Assembly: GCA_964519725.1 (NCBI GenBank)
Contig: CAZFKS010000001.1
Coordinates: forward strand, 119,270-183,269
Source: an uncultured Gammaproteobacteria bacterium
GTDB lineage: Bacteria; Patescibacteriota; Patescibacteriia; Magasanikbacterales; UBA922
Length of the DNA stretch: 64,000 nt
Direction: 5' to 3'
Under the pieces are notes generated by a model. The model saw only the letters and a program-made list of their open reading frames with translations. It was not told the origin of the DNA and did no database searches. Both the position numbers and the translations under genes were made by a program. Below, in pieces: positions 1 to 8,991 of this stretch; within the stretch, counting starts at the first letter, position 1; each line of letters opens with the position of its first letter.

Positions 1-485
1 TACATATCTTTCATGACAAATTCCCGACCGCGCATAATGCCACTTTTGGCCCGAAGTTCATTGCGTAATTTGGTTTGGAATTGATACACACTGGCTGGTA
101 AGTCGCGGTAACTATTTACAAACTGCTGCATCATTTCCAAAATCGCTTCTTCATGACTCCAGCCAAAACCCACTTCAGTTTCGTCTTTTAACTTTGATTT
201 AAACCACACATCCACCACTTCATCGTCCCAGCGACCAGTCCCCTCCCACGTATCTTTGCGCTGTAAACTACTCATGATAATTTCTTGCCCTTGAATGGCA
301 TTCATTTCTTCGCGCACAATCCGTTTAATATTTTCCAGCACCCGGAGACCAAGCGTGGTGTACGCATAAACACCAGCCATAACTTTATACACAAAACCAG
401 CCTGAATCAGGAGCTGAGCATTTTTGGCGGCTTCGTCAGCTGGAACGGTTTTGCGAGTTTTAGTAAATAATTCAGATTGACGCAT
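1..485 (-). CDS. proS: prolyl-tRNA synthetase, N-terminal part (runs off window start)
   Basis: Minus-strand translation from ATG at 483-485 gives MRQSELFTKTRKTVPADEAAKNAQLLIQAGFV...FQTKLRNELRAKSGIMRGREFVMKD. This matches the ProRS N-terminus and class II motif 1. No stop before position 1. Confidence 0.7.
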   Translation of the reverse strand, partial: MRQSELFTKTRKTVPADEAAKNAQLLIQAGFVYKVMAGVYAYTTLGLRVLENIKRIVREEMNAIQGQEIIMSSLQRKDTWEGTGRWDDEVVDVWFKSKLKDETEVGFGWSHEEAILEMMQQFVNSYRDLPASVYQFQTKLRNELRAKSGIMRGREFVMKDM

Positions 486-488
486 ACG

Positions 489-896
489 TTACAGAAAATT
501 AGAATGATTGACCTTGCTCTTTGGCGACAGTGACCAGAACAAAGAAATAACTAGGATAAATAAAGTGAGTAAGAGTGAACCAGTCCAAACTGTCAGCCAC
601 TGTTGGCCAAGGAGAAATAAAGTCAGAGTCAAAAATCCAGCCACAATAAACGCTTCGCGGAAACTTTTGGAAACATAAGCAAAGAGCGGCAGGTCATTAT
701 TCCAGCGGCGCTGATAAATATAAAATAGTAATAATGAACCAGTACCACCAAGGGCCAAAAATAAACTAAAGTAAAAAAACGCAAACCCCCAGGCCCGGCC
801 AGTAGTTGGGTCAATATTAATAAGAGTCAAGCCCCAAGAGAGCCAACAAAGCATGGCCGAAAGAGCCATGGTAATAAGGTATTGCTTAATGGTCAT
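489..896 (-). CDS. hypothetical integral membrane protein (about 4 TM helices)
   Basis: 135-aa ORF with four long hydrophobic stretches. No recognisable motif. Confidence 0.4.
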   Translation of the reverse strand: MTIKQYLITMALSAMLCWLSWGLTLINIDPTTGRAWGFAFFYFSLFLALGGTGSLLLFYIYQRRWNNDLPLFAYVSKSFREAFIVAGFLTLTLFLLGQQWLTVWTGSLLLTLFILVISLFWSLSPKSKVNHSNFL

Positions 897-941
897 ACCT
901 GAGTATTGTACTCGCCTGAGGGGCGGTTGGCAAGAGGGTTT

Positions 942-1238
942 TTAGGCTAAATAGCGGATCCGATCCACTTCATTTTTGCCTAATTTTTCATTAATTTTAG
1001 CCACAATTGTGGTTTGATTGACCCGAATTTCCTGCGCCATGGCCGAACTAGCACAACTAACAGTCAAGGTCCGATTTTTCAAAAATAAAGGTTTGGCCTG
1101 AATACTAAGATCGCCAAACAATTCTTTAAACACCTGTTCAGACACTTCCACTACCCCAGCTGATTGCACTTGTTGGCTAAGCGGAGAATTTTTGCCCATT
1201 TTTTCTTTTAACGCGTCTCCGAGTGGAGTAAAAGTCAT
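942..1238 (-). CDS. DUF721/DciA-like protein
   Basis: 98 aa. PLGDAL...LKNRTLTVSCASSAMAQEIRVNQTTIVAKINEKLG...IRYL fits the DUF721 (DciA) family pattern. Confidence 0.55.
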   Translation of the reverse strand: MTFTPLGDALKEKMGKNSPLSQQVQSAGVVEVSEQVFKELFGDLSIQAKPLFLKNRTLTVSCASSAMAQEIRVNQTTIVAKINEKLGKNEVDRIRYLA

Positions 1239-1303
1239 AAAAGTTCATTACTTACAAAGTAGCACTTTTAAAAAAAGAGTGCAACTAAAATATACCAAGT
1301 TAG

Positions 1304-4264
1304 CTAAATTCTAAACTCACAAATAGAGCGGAAGTCACAGTGACTGCAGGCAAATTGATTTGGGGTGGCCGCAAAATCGCGCGCATAAATACGGTCAATC
1401 GTGTCCGAAATTTTTCCGCGTAGTTTATCAAGATCAGCCGGATCACCAATAAAACTGGCCTCAGAACCATTGCCTAGGTAGTAAAAAGTCAGCTTGCCAG
1501 TTGGACCAACGTGTCTAAATTCTGGCAAAGCTTCGGCTGCAATTTGGTAGATGAGGAGCTGCTCTTTATCTTCACTGGTTAGCTTTTCTTTTGGTTGTCC
1601 GGTTTTGTAGTCAATAATGTGGAGCGAGCCATCAGGGAGCTGATCCACCCGGTCCATCCGGCCGCGCACAGTGTAATTACCAATCTTAATTTTAAATGGC
1701 ATTTCGAGGCCGACTGGCTGGGTCCAGCGCCCGTCTTGGGCAGCGTAAAATTTTTTCAAAATGTCTTTCCCCTGCTCAAAAAATTTCGTTTGCTGTTGCT
1801 TGCTTTCATACCAATCAGGAATCCAGTGGTTTTGGTACATTTGCAAAAGTTCATCGAGAGTTGGAACTTTTAATTCACTGGTTGGATTTTCGGTTGGGGC
1901 TGGCACATCAAATAATGAGACTTGCGCCGCGCTATTTAATTCTTTCACACGCTGGTAAAAATCCTGCAAAGTCAGGTGAATACTTTGCCCAAAACTAAGA
2001 CTGGCTGAACTTTTGGTTGGCAATTTTAAAATGTGCGCCAGTTTATATTGATAAGGGCAAGTTTCGTACGATTTGATTTGCGAAAAGGAAAATATTGGCG
2101 GAACCTCATACACTGGCGGCGCTGTGTCTCTACCCTCGTTAGATTTAGGGGCATTCTTCCCCACTCCATCAATTATGGCGCGGACAGTGTTATTTTCTGG
2201 AGCCACCAGGCCAGCCTCAACAATAAAACGCGACACTTTTTTACTCCGCACCCCACCATAATTTTGCGCACTCAAAATAAACAAACGTTCTTTGGCGCGT
2301 GTGGCCGCCACGTAAAACAAGCGCCGTTCTTCTTGGTAATGCACATCACCAGTTGGCACAGATTCGTGAATTAATTCTGGCGGCACTTCAATTCCCTCAC
2401 CACGCCGACGCGTTGGAAAGCGCTCTTCAACTACATTTACCAAAAACACATATTTAAATTCCAAACCTTTAGAACTATGCACTGTCAAAATATTGACGCT
2501 GTCTGGCGTGTCTTCCACTGGATTCACTGCCCCGTCATCACCCGCTTCTTGCACGGCCCGAATATATTCAATGAGGTGGGCCACGTGCGCATCAGTGGTG
2601 TTGTCTTCAAAAGCCGCAATTTGATCAAAAAATTGTTTTAAATGGTGAATTTGACGAATAATGGTGCGGTCGCCAGCCAATTCACCTTTGGTTAAATATT
2701 CCAAATACCCACTGCTTTCTAAAAACGAATACAGGAGCGCGGTTGGTTTGGCGGTTTTGCTTTCATTGCAAGCCGCCTCAATTAAACTATGAAGTTTGGC
2801 TAGATGTCCGCGTCCGGTTTCAGTAATATTTTGGCACTCTGGGGCGCGGTGCAAAGCTTCAAAATAACTCCAAGATTTTTTGCGCGCTTCACTTATGAGC
2901 GCCTGAATATCTGTGGCGAGTAAATTAAAAATTGGTAAATGCAACAATCGGAAAATTGATAAATCATCGCGCGTTTGGTGCGCCGCGGTTAAGAGGGCCA
3001 GTGCATCCAGCACAATTGGTTGACGATACAAACCAGCCGCGGATAAAAATTCATACGGAATGCGCGCTGATTCTAGGGCCCGAATAAATGGCTCAGCGTG
3101 ATTATTCGCTCGGACCAAAATTGCAAAATCATCCCACGACGCGGTTTGATCACTTTGTTTTTGGGTGGTTAATAATTCTAGTAATCGGTGGACTTCGTCA
3201 TCGCCAGTGGCGACTTGTTCGTAACACACCGGAATTTGACCAGCTGGCATTTTTTCCCACTCGCGCGCCGCGATTAATTTTTTATTAATTTGCAAAACTG
3301 ACTCCAAGCGTTCTGGATTATTATTTTGAATCACAGTGTAGGCGGTGTCTAAAATTTCTTGGCGTGAGCGAAAATTTTCCGTGAGTACAATGTTGGTAAC
3401 ATTTTTAAAATCATCTTTGAAGCGCAAAATGTTCGAGACTGATGCACCGCGGAAAGCGTAAATCGATTGGTCATCATCCCCCACTACGGTCAGCTGTCCG
3501 CCGGCGGAAATTAATTGCACCAAAACATATTGGGCCCAATTTACGTCCTGAAACTCATCGACCAAAACAAATTTGTAGCGCTTGTTTAGGCGCTCTTTGA
3601 TGCGCGGCCGGTCTTGCAAAAGTTTGACACTGTAATACATCAAGTCACCAAAATCCAGACCACCAGCATCCAGCACTAATTTATTGTAGGCATAGTAGGC
3701 ATTGGCTAGTTCGGTGAGCCGCGATTTTTCGTCTACATTATCGTCGCCACTATCATGCGCGGTATTTTCGGCCAATTCCAAATATTTTTCTGGGGCAATT
3801 AATTCGTCTTTGCACTTGGAGAAATGTGCAAGCAAATCATGAATATATTTGCCTGGGTTCCCAAGTGGGCGGTAATAATCAAGCCCAAGGTCAAAAATAT
3901 TTTTGCGGACTAGTAACCAACTTTCAGTTTCAGTTAAAATTTTAAAATTGCGCGACAAACCAATTTCTGTGCCACACTCGCGCAGTAGTCGCTCAGCAAA
4001 GGCGTGAAAAGTAGAAACCGCCAAATCTAAATAACCAGAATTTAAACGCTCGTCCACGCGCGCAACCAGTTCGTCGGCCGCTTTGTCAGTAAAAGTTAAG
4101 GCCAAAATTTCTTCTGGTTTGGCCAGACCTTGTTCAATTAGGTAAGCAATTTTCTCGGTCAAGACCGTAGTCTTCCCTGTCCCAGCCCCAGCTACAATCA
4201 AAAGCGGACCAGTTACATGTTCCACGGCCGCGCGCTGGGTTTTGGTTAGATTAGCCATAGTCAC
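1304..4264 (-). CDS. UvrD/PcrA-family helicase fused to a C-terminal PD-(D/E)XK (Cas4/AddB-like, Cys-cluster) nuclease; AddA-like helicase-nuclease
   Basis: Walker A AGAGTGKT near the N-terminus, UvrD helicase motifs (VDEFQD, TVHSSKGLEF). C-terminal part has CPYQYK...CSHCDFRSIC cysteines typical of Fe-S RecB-family nucleases. Confidence 0.85.
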   Translation of the reverse strand: MTMANLTKTQRAAVEHVTGPLLIVAGAGTGKTTVLTEKIAYLIEQGLAKPEEILALTFTDKAADELVARVDERLNSGYLDLAVSTFHAFAERLLRECGTEIGLSRNFKILTETESWLLVRKNIFDLGLDYYRPLGNPGKYIHDLLAHFSKCKDELIAPEKYLELAENTAHDSGDDNVDEKSRLTELANAYYAYNKLVLDAGGLDFGDLMYYSVKLLQDRPRIKERLNKRYKFVLVDEFQDVNWAQYVLVQLISAGGQLTVVGDDDQSIYAFRGASVSNILRFKDDFKNVTNIVLTENFRSRQEILDTAYTVIQNNNPERLESVLQINKKLIAAREWEKMPAGQIPVCYEQVATGDDEVHRLLELLTTQKQSDQTASWDDFAILVRANNHAEPFIRALESARIPYEFLSAAGLYRQPIVLDALALLTAAHQTRDDLSIFRLLHLPIFNLLATDIQALISEARKKSWSYFEALHRAPECQNITETGRGHLAKLHSLIEAACNESKTAKPTALLYSFLESSGYLEYLTKGELAGDRTIIRQIHHLKQFFDQIAAFEDNTTDAHVAHLIEYIRAVQEAGDDGAVNPVEDTPDSVNILTVHSSKGLEFKYVFLVNVVEERFPTRRRGEGIEVPPELIHESVPTGDVHYQEERRLFYVAATRAKERLFILSAQNYGGVRSKKVSRFIVEAGLVAPENNTVRAIIDGVGKNAPKSNEGRDTAPPVYEVPPIFSFSQIKSYETCPYQYKLAHILKLPTKSSASLSFGQSIHLTLQDFYQRVKELNSAAQVSLFDVPAPTENPTSELKVPTLDELLQMYQNHWIPDWYESKQQQTKFFEQGKDILKKFYAAQDGRWTQPVGLEMPFKIKIGNYTVRGRMDRVDQLPDGSLHIIDYKTGQPKEKLTSEDKEQLLIYQIAAEALPEFRHVGPTGKLTFYYLGNGSEASFIGDPADLDKLRGKISDTIDRIYARDFAATPNQFACSHCDFRSICEFRI

Positions 4265-4287
4265 CTTAGAATACCAATAAATTTTAA

Positions 4288-4318
4288 ATAAAAAAAGACC
4301 CGCTCTTGCGAGCGAGTC
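4288..4318 (-). terminator. Rho-independent terminator downstream of the RRM gene
   Basis: 9-bp stem with one mismatch (gacccgctc/gagcgagtc), loop ttgc. On the minus strand it is followed by a 7-T run. Confidence 0.5.
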
Positions 4319-4339
4319 CTTTGAATTCCAAACTAGAAA

Positions 4340-4618
4340 CTAGTTGCGGAAATCACGGCGAGGTGGGCGGTCTTCCTTTGGGCGAGCCATGCTCACGCGA
4401 AGTGGGCGACCGTCGAGGTCCTTACCGTCGAGCATATCAATGGCTTTCTGAGCTTCTTCTTCAGTAGACATGTCTACGAAAGCGAAACCACGAGAACGAC
4501 CAGTGAATTTGTCCATAACAATCTTAGCTGAAACTACAGTACCGGCAGCAGCAAAAGCAGCTGAAAGACTTTCGTCAGTTGATTGGTATGAGACGTTGCC
4601 GACATATAAAGTCTGCAT
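4340..4618 (-). CDS. RRM-type RNA-binding protein
   Basis: RNP2 LYVGNV and RNP1 RGFAFVDM motifs. 92 aa with a Gly/Arg/Pro-rich tail. Confidence 0.85.
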   Translation of the reverse strand: MQTLYVGNVSYQSTDESLSAAFAAAGTVVSAKIVMDKFTGRSRGFAFVDMSTEEEAQKAIDMLDGKDLDGRPLRVSMARPKEDRPPRRDFRN

Positions 4619-4702
4619 AACGTGTACCTTATAACAAATAACTTATACCCGCCCCGACCTGTGAAAATTTACCGTGTAACCGGGAAATGGACGATTAGAC
4701 AG

Positions 4703-4731
4703 AGTATAACACAGCTGACGGGTTTTGTCAA
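4703..4731 (-). promoter_or_regulatory. sigma70-like promoter (TTGACA-17-TATACT) for the RRM gene, leaving an about 90-nt 5' UTR
   Basis: Minus strand reads ttgaca aaacccgtcagctgtgt tatact. Exact -35 hexamer, 17-nt spacer. Confidence 0.4.
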
Positions 4732-4762
4732 CCGCGCATGGATTCGGAAGAAATGGCTAAAA

Positions 4763-5236
4763 TTAGCCCATTTTACTGATTGTGTGAGTCAGAATTTTAC
4801 CCTCATCACCCAAAGTAAACTCGGCGTCAATTTTTTCCCCAGCTAAAACGCGCGGCAGCCAGATTGCATCATCGCGCCACATATTTTCGTAAGGGATTTC
4901 AGTGACCTTATACCAGACAGGCTGCATTTCACTGGTTTCAACCGGTGTACCTGTCCATTCTTCAGCAAAATAAGTAAACACCTGCTGATTCCAGTCTGGG
5001 TCAGGCGTGTAATTAATAGTTATCACCCCAACTTTGGTCAGGGTTAACACTTTAACCCCAATTTCCTCTTCTGCCTCACGAATGGCCGCCGCCTCTGGGG
5101 TCTCGCCAGGCTCGATTTTACCACCAACACCATTCCATTTCCCCATTCCAAAACTACGTTTCTTCATTCCCAAACATAATTCAGTGACACGGCCGTTGTC
5201 TTTTTTTACTAGAAATAACAGGGTGACTTGTTTCAT
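4763..5236 (-). CDS. NUDIX hydrolase (MutT-like)
   Basis: Nudix box GGKIEPGETPEAAAIREAEEEIGV. Confidence 0.85.
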   Translation of the reverse strand: MKQVTLLFLVKKDNGRVTELCLGMKKRSFGMGKWNGVGGKIEPGETPEAAAIREAEEEIGVKVLTLTKVGVITINYTPDPDWNQQVFTYFAEEWTGTPVETSEMQPVWYKVTEIPYENMWRDDAIWLPRVLAGEKIDAEFTLGDEGKILTHTISKMG

Positions 5237-5481
5237 ACAGTACCTTGAATTAAAGCTAATTTTTCAACTCGTGACAATTTTTTAATTTTTGCTTCAGCTT
5301 TTTGCGCCGTAGAACGCGTCCGATATTTTTTAAAATATTTTAATTCTACTGGCCGCCGCGAGCGGGTGTATTTGGCGCCACGATTACTCGAATTATGTTC
5401 CGCAATTCGGCGCTCAACATTAGTTGCAATCCCAGTGTAAAGAGTATTGTCTGCACACCGAGTGATGTACACAAAGTACAT
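5233..5481 (-). CDS. GIY-YIG nuclease-domain protein (UPF0213-like)
   Basis: MYFVYITRCADNTLYTGIATNVERRIAEHN is a classic GIY-YIG N-terminus. 82 aa. 4-bp overlap with the NUDIX gene. Confidence 0.8.
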   Translation of the reverse strand: MYFVYITRCADNTLYTGIATNVERRIAEHNSSNRGAKYTRSRRPVELKYFKKYRTRSTAQKAEAKIKKLSRVEKLALIQGTV

Positions 5482-5484
5482 ATT

Positions 5485-5973
5485 TTAGTTTAAACGAACA
5501 ATGCTAAAGTTAAGGTAGGTTGCGAAACAAACCCACAATAAATATGGGACAAGTAGATACGCCGCTTTACGCGATACACCCCAAAATAAAACAATATTCA
5601 AGGCAATCGCGAGCATTAGCATAATAATTTCGAGTAGTGCTAGCTCTGGACTGCGTAGGCCAAAGAAAATAACTGACCACAAACTATTTAAAACTAATTG
5701 GGCAGCGAACGCAATTAGAGCAAGACGCTTAGTCCGGCGTGACCAGGGCAAAATTGTCCACTGTTTCCAGACCAAATATAAACTAACCCCCATGAGCAGA
5801 TACAAAATTGTCCAGGTCGGTCCAAATAATCCTTCTGGCGGGACCAGAATTCCGGTATTCAAAGTGCGGTACCAGGTTGATAGTGAATCAGTTACAAAAA
5901 CTGCACCGAGCAGGCCAGCCAGTTGCGGGAGGGCAAGAGAAATCAAAAGTTTGGCAGGGTTCGTGAGTTTCAT
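5485..5973 (-). CDS. tspO: TspO/MBR family membrane protein
   Basis: 162 aa, 5 TM helices, Trp-rich (WYRTL, PPEGLFGPTWTILYLLMG, LWVCF) as in TspO. Confidence 0.7.
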   Translation of the reverse strand: MKLTNPAKLLISLALPQLAGLLGAVFVTDSLSTWYRTLNTGILVPPEGLFGPTWTILYLLMGVSLYLVWKQWTILPWSRRTKRLALIAFAAQLVLNSLWSVIFFGLRSPELALLEIIMLMLAIALNIVLFWGVSRKAAYLLVPYLLWVCFATYLNFSIVRLN

Positions 5974-6025
5974 AAGTATAGATTTAGGTGTAGTATATCA
6001 CTTACCTGACCAATTAACACTTACA

Positions 6026-6319
6026 ATGATACTCAATATGACTGACCCAAATTTAGCCGAAGCCTTAACCCAAAACCCCCTTTTGATTGATGTGCGTACC
6101 ACTGAAGAATTTGCCGAGGGTTCTGTGCCGGGCGCGATTAATATTCCATCACATTTAATTCCCTTGCGTTTGGCCGAAATTCCCAAAGACCGGCCAGTGG
6201 TAGTATTTTGCCAAAGCGGCAGTCGCAGCGGCCTGACCAAACAATTTTTACTCCGAGAAGGCCACACCAATTGCGTGAATGGCGGGGCAATGGCCAATGT
6301 TTTAAACGAACTCCAATAA
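6026..6319 (+). CDS. single-domain rhodanese (sulfurtransferase)
   Basis: LIDVRTTEEFAEGSVPGAINIP...VVVFCQSGSRS active-site loop. Start taken at internal ATG 6026 (MILNMTDPN); the upstream part of the table ORF overlaps tspO antisense. Confidence 0.85.
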   Translation: MILNMTDPNLAEALTQNPLLIDVRTTEEFAEGSVPGAINIPSHLIPLRLAEIPKDRPVVVFCQSGSRSGLTKQFLLREGHTNCVNGGAMANVLNELQ

Positions 6320-6586
6320 AACTTTGATTGTTTCGCCCTCAAAAATATCTTCGGCTTTACGCACGCCGGCTTTAACAGGTAACAAATATGCCCCTTCTTT
6401 GCTTGGGAAAATTGAGGTTTCCCAGGTGGTTTTGCCAATCGTGGCTTTGACGCGCACCGATCCCCAACCTTTTTTGGGGCGCGGCATGGCTTTAATTTTG
6501 GTCGTGGTTTTCTCATCAATGGTTACAAAATACCAAGCTCCGCTTTCGGCGGGGTATTTCCACAGTTTAGTGTTTAAAGTAAACAT
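6302..6586 (-). CDS. DUF1905 domain protein
   Basis: GSVRVKATIGKTTWETSIFPSKEGAYLLPVKAGVRKAEDIFEGETIKVLLE matches the DUF1905 pattern. 2-nt gap to the upstream DUF2075 gene. Confidence 0.55.
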   Translation of the reverse strand: MFTLNTKLWKYPAESGAWYFVTIDEKTTTKIKAMPRPKKGWGSVRVKATIGKTTWETSIFPSKEGAYLLPVKAGVRKAEDIFEGETIKVLLEFV

Positions 6587-6588
6587 AC

Positions 6589-8430
6589 TTAACCCACATG
6601 GTCTTTAAAATATTTTTCCGCTTCTTTATCCATAAAGTATACATAACAGCCTTTCATTCCGCGGGTCATGAGGGTGCGATAGGTATTTTTAATAATGGCA
6701 TTGGCTTTTTTAGTAGCTGCATCAGGGTCGATCTTGTGCAAAGTTTTAAAACCTTTAAGTGAGGTGTCAGTTTTGGCGCGGCCCTCTGGTACGCCAATTA
6801 CTTGGCCATTTCTCACAATTAAATCAGGACCAACAATTACGCCAATGTAATCAATTTCCAGGCCTTGGGCTGAATGAATGCAACCAACATCCTCCACTGA
6901 GGTTGGTGAAATAATCCAGGTATTGCGTTCACTATTTAAATTCCAGCGCATAGTAAAATTATGTTCTCGAATTTTAATATCCAGCAAATCTGGATTTTTC
7001 TCACTAATCCAATCCCAACACCGACCCGCTACAATCCGCGCTTTATTTCGTTCTTTATTTTTCTCGCGAATCAACTCTTGTAATTCTTGTGGTGAGTCAA
7101 CCACGCGAAAATCAAAGTCACCCGTTAATTGTGTGCCAGTATTTTTAATTTGCAAAGTATTGTCGAGCCAATCCAAAAAATTATCTGAGCCACCACACCG
7201 AAATTGAGAATTTAATTCTAAATAATGAATCCGCGCGCCGGCATTGGCCGCGCAGTGTTCAATTTCCACTTGACTACCAAAGTCATTCCAGGTCACTTTT
7301 TGGTCTTCATCTAAGAAAAATATAGAGCATTTGGCAGCCTGAATAATTTCGCGTACCTGATTACCGCCTTTTTTGCCATACATGCCAGTGCGTTCGTTCA
7401 GGCGGTGGGCTTCGTCTACAATCAAGGCTTCAAAAGTATTTGGCGCGATATTTTGGTAAGCACCAGAACCAGAAAAGAGTGCGCAAAATTCTTTAAAAGT
7501 CATTTTGTCCTTGAGCATGTGCTCATATACGGCGCGCGGCGCCGCGTTTTTGGTTACATATTGCGCGGCTTTCTGGGTACGGATTAGATTGATAAGTAAA
7601 TTAATCGCGACCACTGACTTCCCTGTCCCAGGCCCACCTTTAACAATTACCACCTGTTTATCTTTTGGTTTATTTACTAATTCCAAAATCGTTTCAAAAA
7701 CCACTTTTTGGTCATCAATCATGGTAAATTCTTCTTCGTTGTAAAGCGCGGCGGGCATTTGTTCGGCCACGCTGTGTGAGGGCTTAATCGCGCTTTGTTC
7801 AATTTTTTCTAAAATATCAGCAGCGCCAAATTGTAAGCGCTCGGCAATAAATTTTCTAAAAATATTTTCTTCACCTTTAAAAAATAAAGGTGCTTGATCC
7901 ACATATTCTTTATAAAAAATATTATCAATCACGCCATCCCGTTCATAATTGTGCAAATACACGCACGGCGTGACCACAATATTTTCCTGATGAATAACTT
8001 CAGTAAATCCGCGCAGTAAATTAGCATATACCAAAGCCTGATATGACGGATGAGCCACTTCCCTCTCAGTCGCACCCACAAAAGCTTTAATAACTCCGTC
8101 TTTTATAGTCATTTCAGCCGAGGTCCATTGCTTAAGCTCAATAATAACCACTTGATCTTTTTTCTCTTTATTTAGACCATACAAAATCACATCAATGCGT
8201 TTTCCTGTTGGCCGAACTTGATACTCAATCCCAATTTCCATATCACCCGGAATTTCTGGGGTATTCAAAACCTTACCCAGTGCTCCGAGCGATTGCTTCC
8301 ACGACTCCACTTCCCGTGCTCCACCGCCTCGGCCGAAATTCGCTTTCACCTTAGCCAAAACAATCGCCTCAATACGATTATTTTGTAGGTTCTCTAGAAA
8401 TTTAGTTTTGGTAGTGAGGTGGGAGATCAT
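6589..8430 (-). CDS. DUF2075-family (Schlafen-like) ATPase with an N-terminal nuclease-like domain
   Basis: Walker A VKGGPGTGKSV, Walker B LIVDEAHRL. N-terminal IDVILYG...VVIIELKQW resembles a restriction-endonuclease-like core. Last large gene of the hsd operon. Confidence 0.65.
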   Translation of the reverse strand: MISHLTTKTKFLENLQNNRIEAIVLAKVKANFGRGGGAREVESWKQSLGALGKVLNTPEIPGDMEIGIEYQVRPTGKRIDVILYGLNKEKKDQVVIIELKQWTSAEMTIKDGVIKAFVGATEREVAHPSYQALVYANLLRGFTEVIHQENIVVTPCVYLHNYERDGVIDNIFYKEYVDQAPLFFKGEENIFRKFIAERLQFGAADILEKIEQSAIKPSHSVAEQMPAALYNEEEFTMIDDQKVVFETILELVNKPKDKQVVIVKGGPGTGKSVVAINLLINLIRTQKAAQYVTKNAAPRAVYEHMLKDKMTFKEFCALFSGSGAYQNIAPNTFEALIVDEAHRLNERTGMYGKKGGNQVREIIQAAKCSIFFLDEDQKVTWNDFGSQVEIEHCAANAGARIHYLELNSQFRCGGSDNFLDWLDNTLQIKNTGTQLTGDFDFRVVDSPQELQELIREKNKERNKARIVAGRCWDWISEKNPDLLDIKIREHNFTMRWNLNSERNTWIISPTSVEDVGCIHSAQGLEIDYIGVIVGPDLIVRNGQVIGVPEGRAKTDTSLKGFKTLHKIDPDAATKKANAIIKNTYRTLMTRGMKGCYVYFMDKEAEKYFKDHVG

Positions 8431-8438
8431 TTTAAAAT

Positions 8439-8990
8439 TTACCTTGAAATAGTATCAAAATTTTGCAATTCTTTTCTTATATCAGCATACTTAGGCATGG
8501 CTCTAGCAACCAATTCCCAAAATTTCTTAGAATGATTTAATTCTTTTAAATGACATAGCTCATGCACGACAATATAATCCACCAAATAATCTGGCAAAAA
8601 CAAAATTTTATAATTAAAATTAAGATTCTTTTGTCCGGAACAACTCCCCCATTTAGTACTCTGTTGCTTAATACTAATGCGGTTATAAGAAAAATTATAC
8701 AATTCATTATAATGTACAACTCTTTCCTTAATTAATTTCCTAGCACGTTTAGCACAGGCATGATAATTTGTTTGTGGAAAATCCCTAGAGATTTCCTTCT
8801 TTTCTTTTTTTTGGAAAAACAAAATTTTAGACTTGATCCATTCGGCTTTTTCAGTGATGTATTTTTCCACCCCAGACAAATCAAATCCTTTTGGTACAAC
8901 CACTGAAACTCGAGCATCACAATTCACAACGATTCTTAGTCGCCGTGCTCGTTCACTTTCTTTAACCGAGTAAGCAATGCCGTGAGACAT
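8439..8990 (-). CDS. DUF45/YgjP (COG1451, WLM/M48-like) zinc metallohydrolase
   Basis: HExxH motif VVHELCHLKELNH. This family is a well-known neighbour of type I hsdR genes. Confidence 0.75.
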   Translation of the reverse strand: MSHGIAYSVKESERARRLRIVVNCDARVSVVVPKGFDLSGVEKYITEKAEWIKSKILFFQKKEKKEISRDFPQTNYHACAKRARKLIKERVVHYNELYNFSYNRISIKQQSTKWGSCSGQKNLNFNYKILFLPDYLVDYIVVHELCHLKELNHSKKFWELVARAMPKYADIRKELQNFDTISR

Positions 8991-8991
8991 G

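Noticed and set aside
285-470. 61-aa plus-strand ORF
   Set aside because: It is antisense inside the proS 5' region.
5998-6519. 173-aa minus-strand ORF rich in Lys/Pro/Arg
   Set aside because: It lies antisense across the well-supported rhodanese gene and overlaps DUF1905. It is low-complexity with no motif. It is most likely a shadow ORF.
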